64,000 bases of DNA from Bdellovibrionota bacterium (lineage in GTDB: Bacteria > Bdellovibrionota_G > JALEGL01 > DATDPG01), in NCBI GenBank assembly GCA_963668355.1, contig OY764265.1, forward strand, positions 576,001 through 640,000, in the 5' to 3' direction. Made by a program: the position numbers and the translations under genes. This document shows positions 1-10,962 of the stretch, in pieces. The notes beneath the pieces are model-generated. The model was given only the letters and a program-made list of their open reading frames with translations, did no database searches and was not told the DNA's origin. Each line of letters begins with the position of its first letter. Position 1 is the first letter of the stretch.

Positions 1-147
1 GGGCAACTCATTGCGCCAGAGGGCTTTCCAGCGCGCCACCCAGCCTTTGATGTCACACCCTCAAGACTCATAACGGCGATCATCACCGAAATGGGTGTGG
101 CGAAACCTCCTTTTTCCCATTCGATTCGGGAGCTCTTTCAACAATGA
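1..147 (+). CDS. mtnA: 3' end of S-methyl-5-thioribose-1-phosphate isomerase (eIF-2B family), partial
   Basis: Frame 1 reads [37 protein letters not shown]...[16 protein letters not shown] is the MtnA/eIF-2B C-terminal motif; stop overlaps the glnE start (ATGA). Confidence 0.8.
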   Translation, partial: GQLIAPEGFPARHPAFDVTPSRLITAIITEMGVAKPPFSHSIRELFQQ

Positions 148-2972
148 TTTTTTCGGCCTCTCTCCAAGGCCATCTTTCTGCTCTCGAAAATACGAATGTC
201 GTAAAAATATTTGAAGACTGCTTACAATCCGCTCCGGATGCACCTCTTTTTGCCTCAAGAGTGGAGCAATACGCGAATTTCGATCGGCATTGGCGAAAAC
301 TAACGCCTGAAGATGCCAAGGATCTGGTTTCTGTTTTTCAAGGCAGTTCTTTCCTTTCTCGATTCCTCATCCGCCATCCCGGTGAGATCGTTCAATTCCG
401 TGATTTTCGCCTTTCATCTTTCGACGCGTGCACCTCTCCGAAGGAACTTCGAATGCTCAAGTATCGAGGCCTTCTAAAACTCTTTCTACAAAGATGTCGA
501 GAAGATCTCTCCATTGAAGAGGAATGGAAATTCATTTCAGATCTGGCGGACCGAATCATTGTACGAAGCCTCGAAATCTCTCGACCAGCTCAAGACATCA
601 ACGGAGATTTACACGTCATTGCCATGGGAAAGTTGGGAGCCCAGGAACTCAACGTGAGTTCCGATGTCGATTTGGTGTACCTATCTGAGAACATCGAAGC
701 AAATGACCCTCATTTTCCCCAAATCCTTCAGTGGGCGGAGCGTCACGCACAAATGTTGTCGGAAATTACAGGCGAAGGATATTTGTTTCGTGTCGATTTG
801 CGTTTGCGCCCCGAAGGTTCGCAAAGCCCCCTGGTTCACACTCGTAAAGCGATCCGTCGCTACTTTGAAGAGCGTGGTACGACTTGGGAACGTGCCGCTT
901 GGCTAAGAGCTCGCGCGATCGAATCGTTAGAGGCCCAAAAGCTCATCGAAGAACTCAAACCTTTCCTGTATCGGCATCACTTAAGCTACGGAACCATCGA
1001 CGATCTTCGTGAAATGAAAATGCGTTTGGAGACCTCCATTCAGCTTTATCGACACGCAGAAGAAGACATCAAGCTCGGAACAGGGGGAATTCGAGAAATT
1101 GAATTCATTGCGCAAGCCTTCCAACTCATCTTTGGAGGAAAGCACAAGCCCCTTCGAACGCGAAACACACTGACCATTTTTAACGAGCTGATTCAGATCG
1201 AATTCTTGGAAGAGGAAAGAGCCTTGAAACTCATGAATGCCTACAAGGCGCTACGTTCAATTGAACATGCTGTTCAATGGGACGAAGAAAGGCAAACGCA
1301 CACGACCCCCCTCTCTTCCCAATCGAAAGACTGGAATCGCATCCAACTTTTATGTCCATCCTTTCCCGACATCCAAACCTCCCTTGTAGAGCATCGCAAA
1401 AATGTACAAAGACATTTTGAAGAAGTCTTCCTTCCAGAGCGAAGAAAGGACACCATCGCCTTTTGGGAACTCCCCTTGGACAGACCCTTAAAAAAAGAAG
1501 AGATCCAAAAACATCTTCAAAAACATGGGATCTCGAATTCAGAAGACACGACACCGATCATTTTAAAATTGCGTGAAGTCGTCCCAAAGCTAAAGCTCAC
1601 TAAAAAAGGAGAGAGACAATTTCGCAGACTTCTTCCTCATTTAATTGAGGAATTGGCCAAAATTTCAGACCCAGACCAGGCAATCAATGGATTGCTTTCC
1701 TTTTTGATCTCCACTCGAGGCCGATCAACAATTTACACACTCTTAGCCCAAAATCCCCCTACCCTTCGCTTACTTTTACAAATGTTCGGCCTTTCGGATT
1801 TTCTTTCCTCGAATTTGAGTCGGCATCCCGAGCTTCTGGATGCGCTTGTCATGAGGGCTCATTTGCGTCCCCTGGATGATCGCACCTCTTTGCAGAACGA
1901 AGTGAAAAGTGTCTTGGAGTCCAACGCCTCAAAAGAGAATGCATTAAACGAACTTCGGGAAATCAAACAAACACAGATGCTCCGAATTGCTCTCCATGAT
2001 TTGTCTGGAGAGGTCGAGTGGGAAACGATCGCAAATGAACTCTCCTCCCTCGCAGAAGAAATGATCAGGGCGTGTCTCACGCTTTCTCGCCGAGAATGTG
2101 ACCCAGAAAAACGCATTCGAATGGCCACCATTGGACTGGGAAGCTTGGGTGCAAAGGAAATGAGCTACACGTCGGACTTGGACCTAATTTTTCTCATTGA
2201 TCCCCGTTCCGAAGAGTTTAACCAGGAAATGAGTTTGGGGATGAAATGGGTCCAGCGTTTGGTTTCGGCCCTTTCTTTACCCACGGAGGCCGGAACCCTA
2301 TACAAGGTGGATGCCCGTCTTCGCCCCTCAGGAAACCAAGGGACACTCATCTCCAGCTGCAAGGAGTTCGCCAGATACCATGAAATGGGAGCCGATCTCT
2401 GGGAACGGCAAGCCCTCCTAAAAGCCAGACCCATCCAAGCCAATGACTCACTTCAATCCTTTTTCCAAAACCAGCGACGAACCGTTTGTTTTCAACACGA
2501 TGATTCCGTTCTAAAGAACCTCAAAGCCATGCGAACGCGCCTCGAAAAGGAGCTCGGGCACGAAACTCAGAACGAGAGAAACATCAAGCTGGGGCGAGGA
2601 GGCCTGGCAGACATCGACTTTTTGATTGCCTCTTTTCAGCTTCGTCATGGCCGAAACCATCTCGCTCTGCAAGAGCCGGGCAGTCTCAACGCTCTAAAAA
2701 CCATGCTCCAAGCAAACTTGCTCTCTCCCACGCAAGAAAGGGCTCTTCGAGAAGGCTTCATCTTTCTTCATTCCCTCGAAAATCGAATTCGCCTTCATAC
2801 CAACCAACCCATTTCTCGGTTTTCTTTGTCCGAAATTTCCTTGAACAAGATTGCAGGGAGTTTTAGGCTCGGGCCCGGCCGATTGTGTTCGGCCAAGGAA
2901 TTGAGGCAAATGTACGAACATACGACAGAGCGCATTCGCTCCACATTTAATGAATTGCTTTCGGAGGGTTGA
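144..2972 (+). CDS. glnE: Bifunctional glutamine synthetase adenylyltransferase/adenylyl-removing enzyme
   Basis: Two nucleotidyltransferase halves ([19 protein letters not shown]...[29 protein letters not shown]...VDARLRPSG) and IKLGxGG motifs. Confidence 0.95.
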   Translation: MIFSASLQGHLSALENTNVVKIFEDCLQSAPDAPLFASRVEQYANFDRHWRKLTPEDAKDLVSVFQGSSFLSRFLIRHPGEIVQFRDFRLSSFDACTSPKELRMLKYRGLLKLFLQRCREDLSIEEEWKFISDLADRIIVRSLEISRPAQDINGDLHVIAMGKLGAQELNVSSDVDLVYLSENIEANDPHFPQILQWAERHAQMLSEITGEGYLFRVDLRLRPEGSQSPLVHTRKAIRRYFEERGTTWERAAWLRARAIESLEAQKLIEELKPFLYRHHLSYGTIDDLREMKMRLETSIQLYRHAEEDIKLGTGGIREIEFIAQAFQLIFGGKHKPLRTRNTLTIFNELIQIEFLEEERALKLMNAYKALRSIEHAVQWDEERQTHTTPLSSQSKDWNRIQLLCPSFPDIQTSLVEHRKNVQRHFEEVFLPERRKDTIAFWELPLDRPLKKEEIQKHLQKHGISNSEDTTPIILKLREVVPKLKLTKKGERQFRRLLPHLIEELAKISDPDQAINGLLSFLISTRGRSTIYTLLAQNPPTLRLLLQMFGLSDFLSSNLSRHPELLDALVMRAHLRPLDDRTSLQNEVKSVLESNASKENALNELREIKQTQMLRIALHDLSGEVEWETIANELSSLAEEMIRACLTLSRRECDPEKRIRMATIGLGSLGAKEMSYTSDLDLIFLIDPRSEEFNQEMSLGMKWVQRLVSALSLPTEAGTLYKVDARLRPSGNQGTLISSCKEFARYHEMGADLWERQALLKARPIQANDSLQSFFQNQRRTVCFQHDDSVLKNLKAMRTRLEKELGHETQNERNIKLGRGGLADIDFLIASFQLRHGRNHLALQEPGSLNALKTMLQANLLSPTQERALREGFIFLHSLENRIRLHTNQPISRFSLSEISLNKIAGSFRLGPGRLCSAKELRQMYEHTTERIRSTFNELLSEG

Positions 2973-3899
2973 ATGTACAAAAAAACCGACAAAATTTGGA
3001 TGGATGGAAAACTCGTGCCTTGGAATGAAGCCAAGGTACACGTCTTAACGCACACTCTCCACTATGGCGTCGGTGCCTTTGAAGGCATCCGTTATTACGA
3101 ATGTGGAGATCAAGGAAGTGCGGTGTTTCGTCTCAAAGAGCATATGCAACGTTTCATTGAATCCAACCATGTCGTGGCTCTTGAGCTACCCTATTCGCTC
3201 GATCAACTGATGGAAGCCTGTCTGGAAACGATTCGCGTAAACGGTTTAAAAGAAGGTTACTTAAGACCGGTTTCTTATATTGGAGATGAACCCAATGCCG
3301 GTTTGTGGGCCCACGACAATGACATTCATGTTTCCATTCTTACCTGGGGGTGGGGAGCCTACTTGGGAGACGAAGGAATCAAGAACGGCATTCGCGCCAA
3401 AGTCTCCAGTTTCACACGCATGCATCGAAATGTAAGCATGACGAAAGGGAAAATTAATGGGCAGTACGTAAATTCTGTGATGGCCAAACTCGAATCCAAA
3501 AAAGCTGGTTATGATGAAGCCATCCTCTTAGATACAGAGGGCTTCGTGGCAGAAGGTACGGGTGAAAATATTTTCGTCGTAAAAAACGGAGTTGTGAGAA
3601 CCCCTCAACTGGGCTCCATTTTAAATGGAATCACGCGAGACTGCATTGCCACCCTTCTTAAAGAAGAAGGAATTCCGCTAGAAGAAAGTCCTTTGACGCG
3701 AGATGACCTGTATATCGCAGACGAGATTTTCGTCACGGGAACCGCCGCTGAGGTCACACCCATACGTGAAGTCGATGATCGAAGAGTGGGAACCGGAAAG
3801 CCTGGTGCCGTAACTCAAAAAATGCAAAAACTGTATGACGATGCCATTCATGGTCGAACACCCAAGCACAAGGAATGGCTTACGTTCATTGAAACATGA
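2973..3899 (+). CDS. ilvE: Branched-chain amino acid aminotransferase
   Basis: LHYGVGAFEGIR, EGTGENIF, GITR, GTAAEVTPI motifs of class IV aminotransferases. Confidence 0.95.
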   Translation: MYKKTDKIWMDGKLVPWNEAKVHVLTHTLHYGVGAFEGIRYYECGDQGSAVFRLKEHMQRFIESNHVVALELPYSLDQLMEACLETIRVNGLKEGYLRPVSYIGDEPNAGLWAHDNDIHVSILTWGWGAYLGDEGIKNGIRAKVSSFTRMHRNVSMTKGKINGQYVNSVMAKLESKKAGYDEAILLDTEGFVAEGTGENIFVVKNGVVRTPQLGSILNGITRDCIATLLKEEGIPLEESPLTRDDLYIADEIFVTGTAAEVTPIREVDDRRVGTGKPGAVTQKMQKLYDDAIHGRTPKHKEWLTFIET

Positions 3900-4378
3900 T
3901 TTCGATTTTTGCAAATCGCCCAGCCGACAATCCCAAGCAAACAGGATGGAAGAAATTCTTCCCCCTTCTCTGCATCCTCGTTCTTTTCTTTCTTGGCATG
4001 ATCTCTTCGTGCGCGAGCAAGTCTACGACCCCACTTCCTTCTGGAAAACCGGAATTACCTCAAAACTCAGTCCTTCTCAGAGCGCCCTATGCTCAAGTTT
4101 GGGACGTAGTGTTGAACACCTTACGCCTAAAATATCTCTTTCCGATCTCCATCGAGGACAAAAGCAAGGGGGTGTTTTCCAGCGAATACATCTACTCCGA
4201 ATCCAATCCAAATCGACGCTATCGACTTTCAGGGTCCGTGGTCAAAACACCGGAAGGACAGATCGTCACCCTATATAAATACGATCAGATCTTGAAACGA
4301 AGAGAGTGGACCGCCGTTCACACAAACTACCAATTGGAAAAAAAACTCCTAAAAGAAATCGAACGACGTTTGAACTAG
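3896..4378 (+). CDS. Putative lipoprotein (BamC/NlpB-like fold possible)
   Basis: Hydrophobic segment ending in lipobox-like ISSC; start overlaps the ilvE stop; exact start uncertain. Confidence 0.55.
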   Translation: MISIFANRPADNPKQTGWKKFFPLLCILVLFFLGMISSCASKSTTPLPSGKPELPQNSVLLRAPYAQVWDVVLNTLRLKYLFPISIEDKSKGVFSSEYIYSESNPNRRYRLSGSVVKTPEGQIVTLYKYDQILKRREWTAVHTNYQLEKKLLKEIERRLN

Positions 4379-5160
4379 ACCTTCAAATCACGTCGAACCC
4401 GCTTAATGGACCGGGCCTTTCCGGAACGGTCGTCAACATCCACCAAGGCCGAGCACAAACGGATATCGTTTTTTCCCACATCAAATTTCTTTCGATCCCC
4501 TCGGAAAAACCGACCTTCAGCCAAATCAAGTCGCAAACCAATGACGGACTCATAGGCTCCAGTCATGCCCACATCTGTAATATAGGCCGTTCCTTTTGGC
4601 AGGACTTCCTCATCCGCTGTGGGCACATGCGTGTGGGTTCCCAAAACCGCGGAGGCCAAACCATTCAGATGCCATCCCATCATTCGAGCCTCAGAGGTCG
4701 CTTCCGCATGGAAATCCACCACCACAATGGGAGTTTCAGATTTCAACTCCTCCACAGCTTTTTTCGTAGGTTCAAAGGGAGAGTCAACTCCTGGGATATG
4801 GACCTTACCCATGGCGTTGGCCACCCCCAACGAACGTCCATCGCGAGTTCGCGCCACAATTTTTCCTCTTCCAGGACAAGGGTCTTTATAATTTAACGGA
4901 CGAAGAAGACGTTCGTCGCTCTCTAGAAAAGGATCGATTTCTTTCTTATCTCGCGTGTGATTTCCACTCGTGATCAAATCCACCCCTGCCGAAAACAAAT
5001 CATTGCAGGTTGATTCCGTCATGCCCTTGCCGCCAGCCATATTCTCTCCGTTGGCAATGACAAAATCGATAGATTCTTCGTCTATCAAGTGGGGCAAGAG
5101 TTCCCGGATTGCCCGACGACCGGGCTTACCAAACACATCCCCAATGAGGAGGATCTTCAT
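4375..5160 (-). CDS. ymdB: YmdB/TIGR00282-type metallophosphoesterase
   Basis: IGDVFGKPG, NGEN, TSGNH, DFHAEATSE, GTHTHV, DVGMTG motifs. Confidence 0.92.
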   Translation of the reverse strand: MKILLIGDVFGKPGRRAIRELLPHLIDEESIDFVIANGENMAGGKGMTESTCNDLFSAGVDLITSGNHTRDKKEIDPFLESDERLLRPLNYKDPCPGRGKIVARTRDGRSLGVANAMGKVHIPGVDSPFEPTKKAVEELKSETPIVVVDFHAEATSEARMMGWHLNGLASAVLGTHTHVPTADEEVLPKGTAYITDVGMTGAYESVIGLRLDLAEGRFFRGDRKKFDVGKNDIRLCSALVDVDDRSGKARSIKRVRRDLKV

Positions 5161-5181
5161 GTATTGGACCCGATTCCAAAC

Positions 5182-5460
5182 TCAAGATTCGAGGTGATTA
5201 TCCACCATCTTGAGGACTTTCTTAATTTTTTCCTGAACATTCTGTTTGAGCTTCTCGTCATCCTGCTTCAACTTAAGAAATTCCCCTGCCAAATTCATGG
5301 CCGTCAAGACAGCAATCTTCTCGGTCGCCACGGACCCCGTTTTGGTCATGAGTTCCTGCATTCGCCCATTCACCAAATTCGCCGTCTCCATCATGAAAGA
5401 TTCGCCAAATTCACTACGTACGGCATAGGTCTTACCCAGTATTTTGATTTCGGTATTCAC
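5182..5460 (-). CDS. zapA: Cell division protein ZapA
   Basis: IKILGKTYAV...KIAVLTAMNLA followed by a coiled coil; 92 aa. Confidence 0.85.
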   Translation of the reverse strand: MNTEIKILGKTYAVRSEFGESFMMETANLVNGRMQELMTKTGSVATEKIAVLTAMNLAGEFLKLKQDDEKLKQNVQEKIKKVLKMVDNHLES

Positions 5461-5537
5461 AGACTTCGGATGTACCTACCAGACCCCGGTAAGTCAAGAA
5501 CCCGAGGAAAGCTCCCATTTTTTCGAATGTTTGGAAA

Positions 5538-6407
5538 TTAAAGGCGAAATAGATGGGCCGCGAAATCTTCGGGCTGGAACTCTTTCAAGTCCTCCACACC
5601 CTCGCCAAGGCCGATATATCGAATGGGAAGATTCAACTCCAAAGAGGCCGTCAAAGCCGCACCACCTCTCGCAGTTCCATCCAATTTAGTGATCACCAAT
5701 CCCGTGATGTTGACAGCTTTCAAAAACTCCTTGGATTGGATGATGGCATTCTGGCCAGTGGTTCCATCCAAGACAAGATAGCTTTCGTGCGGCGCCCCTC
5801 TTCCGTCCCGGCTCAGAACACGTTCAATCTTTTTCAATTCTTCAATCAAAGGGGTTCGTGTGTGAAGCCTTCCGGCCGTATCGGCAATCAATATCGCCGA
5901 GTCCGCCACCGCTTTGGTCCAGGCATCAAAAATAACCGCTGCAGGATCGGATCCGTTTCCTTGGGCAATCACCGGCGCATTCACACGCTCTCCCCAAAGC
6001 TTCAATTGTTCGATGGCTCCCGCACGAAACGTATCGGCTGCAGCCAACACAACCGCCCGCCCCTCTGCCTTATAGCGAGCTGCCAATTTGGCTGCCGTGG
6101 TCGTCTTTCCGGTTCCGTTCACACCCAGAAGCAAAATCGCACCCGGAGTCGGAACATCCGGCTTCTCTGAAATGTCCATTCCTTGAATGATGCTCACAAC
6201 CTCTTGTTGCAAAGCCTCCAGCACTTCTTCCAAAGCTTTTGCGGAGGTTCGATCCGCGGCATCCAAAAGACGTGCAACCAAGGAAGGAGAGAAATCGGTC
6301 TCATAAAGAAAGGCTTCCAATTCCTCCCTCGAATAACCTTTCTCTTGAAGTCGAGAAACAAACTTTCGCAGGCGCCCACGCCAACCCTGCTGGACAATAT
6401 TTTTCAT
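5538..6407 (-). CDS. ftsY: SRP receptor FtsY (NG domain only, no acidic domain)
   Basis: [39 protein letters not shown]. Confidence 0.95.
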   Translation of the reverse strand: MKNIVQQGWRGRLRKFVSRLQEKGYSREELEAFLYETDFSPSLVARLLDAADRTSAKALEEVLEALQQEVVSIIQGMDISEKPDVPTPGAILLLGVNGTGKTTTAAKLAARYKAEGRAVVLAAADTFRAGAIEQLKLWGERVNAPVIAQGNGSDPAAVIFDAWTKAVADSAILIADTAGRLHTRTPLIEELKKIERVLSRDGRGAPHESYLVLDGTTGQNAIIQSKEFLKAVNITGLVITKLDGTARGGAALTASLELNLPIRYIGLGEGVEDLKEFQPEDFAAHLFRL

Positions 6408-6494
6408 GAATTCCTCCCGAACCCTTTTTCAGAAAAGACTCGAAACTGGTTATGCCTAAAAGCACCCCATCTACAAGAATTCCCGGAAAACCAA

Positions 6495-7919
6495 TTATTT
6501 TCGATAATCTTCTGCGTTGATTCCGTATTTTTCAATTTTTCGGAGCAACGTCTTTTTAGACATTTTAGTCTGTTGGCTGGTTTGATTGATGCGGCCATGA
6601 AACTTGCGCAAAGCTCGAATGATGAATTCTTTTTCCATTTGCTCTTTGAACTGGGGGTAATCCAAATCATCATCGTCCAAACCATCCACATCTGCGTCTA
6701 CACGATCCGGTTCGGTTCTGGCAAGAGGCGGTTGAGAGTCCTCCCCCTCTCCTGTCATGGGACGGATGGAGTCCGGCAGGGAATGTTCGGAAATGACCTG
6801 AGAGCCCTCTAGAACAAAAGCGTGTTCGATGACATTTTCAAGCTCTCGAATATTTCCAGGCCAGTCGTACTTCTTCATCCACTTCAACGCTTTTTCATCG
6901 ATGCCTTGAATGGATTTTTGATGAGCTTCATTAAATTTTCCCATGAAGTGCCGAACCAAGGTTTCTAAATCTTCTTTCCGTTCCCTGAGCGGAGGAAGAA
7001 ATATCGGCAACACACTCAGTCGGTAAAAGAGATCCTCCCGAAAAACCCCTTTTTGCATCATCTCTTCGAGATTCCGATTCGTTGCCGCAATGATCCGCAC
7101 ATTGGATTCAACTTCATGATTGGATCCCACCGGCATGAATTTCTTCTCTTGCAATACCCGCAATAACTTCACTTGCATGGACGGCGAAATGTCTCCAACT
7201 TCATCCAAGAAAAGAGTCCCACCGTCGGCATATTGGAATTTGCCAATTTTTCGTTGGTCGGCTCCGGTAAACGCGCCTTTCTCATGTCCAAATAATTCAC
7301 TTTCAATGAGATTTTCGGGAACGGCGCTGAGATTCACCGCAACAAATCGTCCCTCTTTTCGTAAACTGTTGTAGTGAATGGCACGAGCCACAACTTCTTT
7401 TCCGGTTCCACTTTCCCCGCGAAGCAAGACATGGGTGTCAACCGTCGCCAGTTTTTCGACCAACGAAAACACCTTATTCATCTCGCCACTTTGACTCGAG
7501 AGTTCTGCGCCACCTTGGTCTCTTAATTCCGGTGCCGAATAAGAAAGTTGTTTGACCATGTCATGGGCTTCCAAGGCCCGACTCAACATCTTTCGAATGT
7601 CCGCACGTCGAACGGGCTTGGCGACATAGTTGTAGGCGCCCTCACGAACGGCCGCGACAGCATCTGGAACCGTGGAATAAGCAGTCAAAATGAGAACAAC
7701 GATGCGGGGGTCATGTTTTTTGATCGCACGTAGGGTCTCCATCCCCCCCATTCGAGGCATATCCATATCCAAAAGCACCAGGTCGGTGGGACTCATCTGG
7801 ACATGCTCCATGGCTTCAACGCCATCTGCAGCTTCGTCCACATGAAAATCATCGGCGAGAGCGGCTCTCAAAGACTGCCTGAGTTCGGCATCGTCATCGA
7901 CTATGAGGATATGGTTCAA
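6495..7919 (-). CDS. NtrC-family sigma54-dependent response regulator (REC-AAA+-HTH)
   Basis: Receiver domain, GESGTGKE, ESELFGHEKGAFTGA, WPGNIREL, C-terminal Fis-like HTH; probable TTG start at 7919 after GGAGG (ORF track starts at 7937). Confidence 0.93.
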   Translation of the reverse strand: MNHILIVDDDAELRQSLRAALADDFHVDEAADGVEAMEHVQMSPTDLVLLDMDMPRMGGMETLRAIKKHDPRIVVLILTAYSTVPDAVAAVREGAYNYVAKPVRRADIRKMLSRALEAHDMVKQLSYSAPELRDQGGAELSSQSGEMNKVFSLVEKLATVDTHVLLRGESGTGKEVVARAIHYNSLRKEGRFVAVNLSAVPENLIESELFGHEKGAFTGADQRKIGKFQYADGGTLFLDEVGDISPSMQVKLLRVLQEKKFMPVGSNHEVESNVRIIAATNRNLEEMMQKGVFREDLFYRLSVLPIFLPPLRERKEDLETLVRHFMGKFNEAHQKSIQGIDEKALKWMKKYDWPGNIRELENVIEHAFVLEGSQVISEHSLPDSIRPMTGEGEDSQPPLARTEPDRVDADVDGLDDDDLDYPQFKEQMEKEFIIRALRKFHGRINQTSQQTKMSKKTLLRKIEKYGINAEDYRK

Positions 7920-8091
7920 ACTTACCTCCGGACGCATAATATAACGCGACGCGCTATTTGGTCAAGGCTCGGTTTCGGTAAAGTTTAAGTTTACCGAAGC
8001 TTGCTTTGTTTCCAAACTGAGTGCTAAAATTCCCTAGCAAAAAAAATCTCTAAATTCAAAGATTTGCGGACTGTAGAAGCGTGGTGACTCA

Positions 8092-8322
8092 ATGAAAGAG
8101 CTCGTCGAGTTAGTGGCGAAAGCACTTGTGGATAAACCTGAGGATGTACATGTAGAAGAAGCCTCTGGCTCGTATACGTGTGTCATCAAGCTCCGGGTGG
8201 CTAAAGAAGACATCGGTAAAGTCATTGGCAAAAAAGGCTCCAACGCCAATGCCATTCGAACCATTTTGGATGCTGCTGGAGGAAAGCAAAACAAACGCTA
8301 CGTCCTCGAAATTTTGGAATGA
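8092..8322 (+). CDS. khpA: KH-domain RNA-binding protein (KhpA/YlqC family)
   Basis: MKELVE...LVDKPEDV...[18 protein letters not shown]; 76 aa. Confidence 0.9.
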   Translation: MKELVELVAKALVDKPEDVHVEEASGSYTCVIKLRVAKEDIGKVIGKKGSNANAIRTILDAAGGKQNKRYVLEILE

Positions 8323-8402
8323 CGTTTGTCCTCTGTGACATCGTTTTCGCATTTGGCACTCCTCTGCTCACATTAACCACTTGAAATTACAAGGCTTTCT
8401 CT

Positions 8403-8417
8403 AGGCATATTCTTTGC
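8403..8417 (+). promoter_or_regulatory. Putative sigma54 (-24/-12) promoter
   Basis: AGGCAT-ATTCT-TTGC, GG-N10-GC spacing, ~19 nt upstream of the ATG at 8436. Confidence 0.5.
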
Positions 8418-8435
8418 CTATATGGATGTTGGCGT

Positions 8436-9566
8436 ATGAAAATCGGTAAAAAACATCTCCGAACTTCCATTCTGAGACTCCTCATTTTCATGGGGTTGGT
8501 GGGGCTTGCTTCGGCCTGTAAAAAATCGAATGTACGCGTGTATCCAGAATCCGGTTCGAGCGACGTTCCAGTGAACTCGGCCATTATGCTCATCTACGAT
8601 GGGCATGACTACATCGACGAGAAATTCATCAAAAAGGAAAACTACAAACTCACCGATTGTACCCATACCGCCTCCCCTTCCGAAAATTCCCAATCCTCGA
8701 AAAATGAAGATTCGGAGAAGGAGGGTGAAGAGGAAAAGCCCACAGAGCAACAAGACTCCAGTGAGGAAATCGTAGAATTTGAGATCCTCCCCGTGATTCA
8801 TGGTCAAGCATTCGACCGAACCTTGGATGGCGACCAAAAAGAAAAAATTCGTCCTACGGCGGTCATTTTAGTGCCAAAAGTAGATGAAACCAAAACCACA
8901 CCTCTCGAAATAGAAACACGATATTGCGTGGCCTACGACACCATCGAAACGAAAGATGAAACCTTCCGCGGCAAAAAAATCTCCTTTACGACAGAAGAGG
9001 AAACCGATTTTGAATTTTCTACGACTGCAACGCCTGTTTGGGGTCACTATCGGGAACTTGAGCACGAAGGGGAAAATTCTCGTTTATCTTCCGAAGATGC
9101 GATTGTCTTAAAGTTTGATCGACCGATCTTCCCTGGAGATTTGGAAGACCAGACACTCGCGTGCAAGAAGCCACTGGAAACCCCTCAGGCCGAGACGGGG
9201 TGTGGCGAATACGGAATGATTTCCGCGTCTCATTCTTTGATCCAATTTGAAAACTTTGAAATCAATCAGGAGAGAAAATTTCCGCTCATGACCTATGACA
9301 CCTACGGAGTCATCGGTTCTCCTTCTTGGGACTCAGGGGATGGCGAAACCGTAGGGCCCGAACACTTACTTCGCATTCAGCAAACGGGTCGTCAGGATCT
9401 ACTCGCACGTTTAAATAACGATAGTTCCTCCGAAGTTTCTCGGGGTTTATTCCGATTTCAAACCAGCACGCAAAATGCTCAGAACAGCACGTACACCGTC
9501 CTTGAAGTCTTGGGGAACCAAGGAATGATCCCCTTTTGGGTTACCCAATCTCCAAAAACGAAGTAA
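8436..9566 (+). CDS. Hypothetical acidic lipoprotein, possible Ig-like (Big_5-type) domains
   Basis: Lipobox LASAC followed by VYPESGSSDVPVNSAI; second ...DAIVLKFDRPI motif; acidic low-complexity insert. Confidence 0.6.
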   Translation: MKIGKKHLRTSILRLLIFMGLVGLASACKKSNVRVYPESGSSDVPVNSAIMLIYDGHDYIDEKFIKKENYKLTDCTHTASPSENSQSSKNEDSEKEGEEEKPTEQQDSSEEIVEFEILPVIHGQAFDRTLDGDQKEKIRPTAVILVPKVDETKTTPLEIETRYCVAYDTIETKDETFRGKKISFTTEEETDFEFSTTATPVWGHYRELEHEGENSRLSSEDAIVLKFDRPIFPGDLEDQTLACKKPLETPQAETGCGEYGMISASHSLIQFENFEINQERKFPLMTYDTYGVIGSPSWDSGDGETVGPEHLLRIQQTGRQDLLARLNNDSSSEVSRGLFRFQTSTQNAQNSTYTVLEVLGNQGMIPFWVTQSPKTK

Positions 9567-9583
9567 CATCTTCTCATCAAACC

Positions 9584-10849
9584 GTGAGAAACCAACTCAT
9601 CACACTTTTGACTCTTTCTTTGGGATTCGTCGCCTCGATTGCGAACGCAACCCCCAACTCTCCCTATCCCTTTCATACGGGAACGAAATGGGTGTACGCC
9701 ACCAGTGAAGGTCCAGACGTCACCCTTTTGGTTGAAGGCAGGTCGCCCCTGCGCGTGAACGACATTGAATTGGAGGGGAGCCTGGTTCGGCGTTCGGATG
9801 GCTCGGACCGAATCGTTTTTCGCTCGAAGCATCAATGGTTTGAGTGTGGATCTCTTCGGGCCCTACAAGCTCCAGCAACCTGTCATCAACCCCTTCAGTT
9901 TTTTCAATGGCCTCTTGAGGTTGGATCGACCTGGAGTGGAGGAAACATGGATTTTGTGGTGATGGCCAAGGAGTCCGTGACGGTTCCTTTTGGAACCTTC
10001 CCCGAGAGTTGGAAAGTGGCCTACATGCCCAGAGGTGGAAAAGATCCCATGGGAGAAATGTGGATTGTGGAAGGCATTGGGCGCGTTCGCATTCTCGAAC
10101 GAGAAGTCAGCTTTGATCTCCTGGAATTTGAACGTGGCCAAGGAACTCCGTTAACGGTTCTCTCCAAGCAGTCTCTCGATCTGATTGAACGGGGTTATCC
10201 AAGGAAAGACCCGAGCCGCACGGCATGGACAAAGCTGAAAAATCTTTTGTCCACACTGCAAAAACCCTGGCTCCTGGTTTTTATGACTCTTTTGATTGCC
10301 ATTGCGTCCATGATTTACCTTGGATTGGGGTTGAGAAAGGCCATTGAGAGCCGCGTGATTGAAGAAGACTTTTCTTCCACACCCGATCCTCAAGAGGAAG
10401 CAAAGCTCCTGGCCAGTGTGGCTCGAAGCGGAAACTTTCAAAAGGCCCGCAAACATTTCGAGTCTTTGATTGAGGAGAACCCCACCTATCCCGATTTGCG
10501 GTTTCAGCTAGGACTCATGTTGCGAGCCGAAGGAAAATTGGACGAAGCCCGAAAGCAATTTGAACAAGCCCTCCAGATCAATGGGCAGTACATTGAAGCC
10601 CGCCTTGCCTTGGCTCATTTACTTCTGGGAATCGGTGACCATGAGCAAGCTGTAAAAGAATTCGACGAAGTCTTGATGGCTCAACCGGAATATGCCGACG
10701 CTCACGTCGGGAGAGGAAAGGCACTGCTTCATCTCGCAAAAATCTCCGACGCCATTTTGGCTTTCGAGCGGGCCTTGGAAATCAATCCTCAATTGAATGC
10801 GGCTCAACAGTTTTTGGCTCAATGCCGAAAAAACGCTCAAAATTCATAA
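9584..10849 (+). CDS. Membrane protein: signal peptide, periplasmic beta-rich domain, TM helix, cytoplasmic TPR repeats
   Basis: Probable GTG start; PxxVGxxW / VTVPFGTF motif; TM WLLVFMTLLIAIASMIYLGL; TPRs (NPTYPDLRFQLG, QPEYADAHVGRG). Confidence 0.7.
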   Translation: MRNQLITLLTLSLGFVASIANATPNSPYPFHTGTKWVYATSEGPDVTLLVEGRSPLRVNDIELEGSLVRRSDGSDRIVFRSKHQWFECGSLRALQAPATCHQPLQFFQWPLEVGSTWSGGNMDFVVMAKESVTVPFGTFPESWKVAYMPRGGKDPMGEMWIVEGIGRVRILEREVSFDLLEFERGQGTPLTVLSKQSLDLIERGYPRKDPSRTAWTKLKNLLSTLQKPWLLVFMTLLIAIASMIYLGLGLRKAIESRVIEEDFSSTPDPQEEAKLLASVARSGNFQKARKHFESLIEENPTYPDLRFQLGLMLRAEGKLDEARKQFEQALQINGQYIEARLALAHLLLGIGDHEQAVKEFDEVLMAQPEYADAHVGRGKALLHLAKISDAILAFERALEINPQLNAAQQFLAQCRKNAQNS

Positions 10850-10930
10850 ACTTAACCTCTTCTCTTTCCCCGCAAAAAAACTTTTTCGTTTGATTTAAGA
10901 GGGTTAGCTTTTACCAAAAAGACTCGAACC

Positions 10931-10945
10931 TGGCACAAGGGTTGC
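10931..10945 (+). promoter_or_regulatory. Sigma54 (-24/-12) promoter
   Basis: Perfect consensus TGGCAC-AAGGG-TTGC, 18 nt upstream of the ATG at 10963. Confidence 0.75.
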
Positions 10946-10962
10946 GTTATACTTCCCTGTAC

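Noticed and set aside
8354..8367. Additional sigma54 site TGGCAC...TGC
   Set aside because: GG-to-GC spacing is 9 nt, not the required 10
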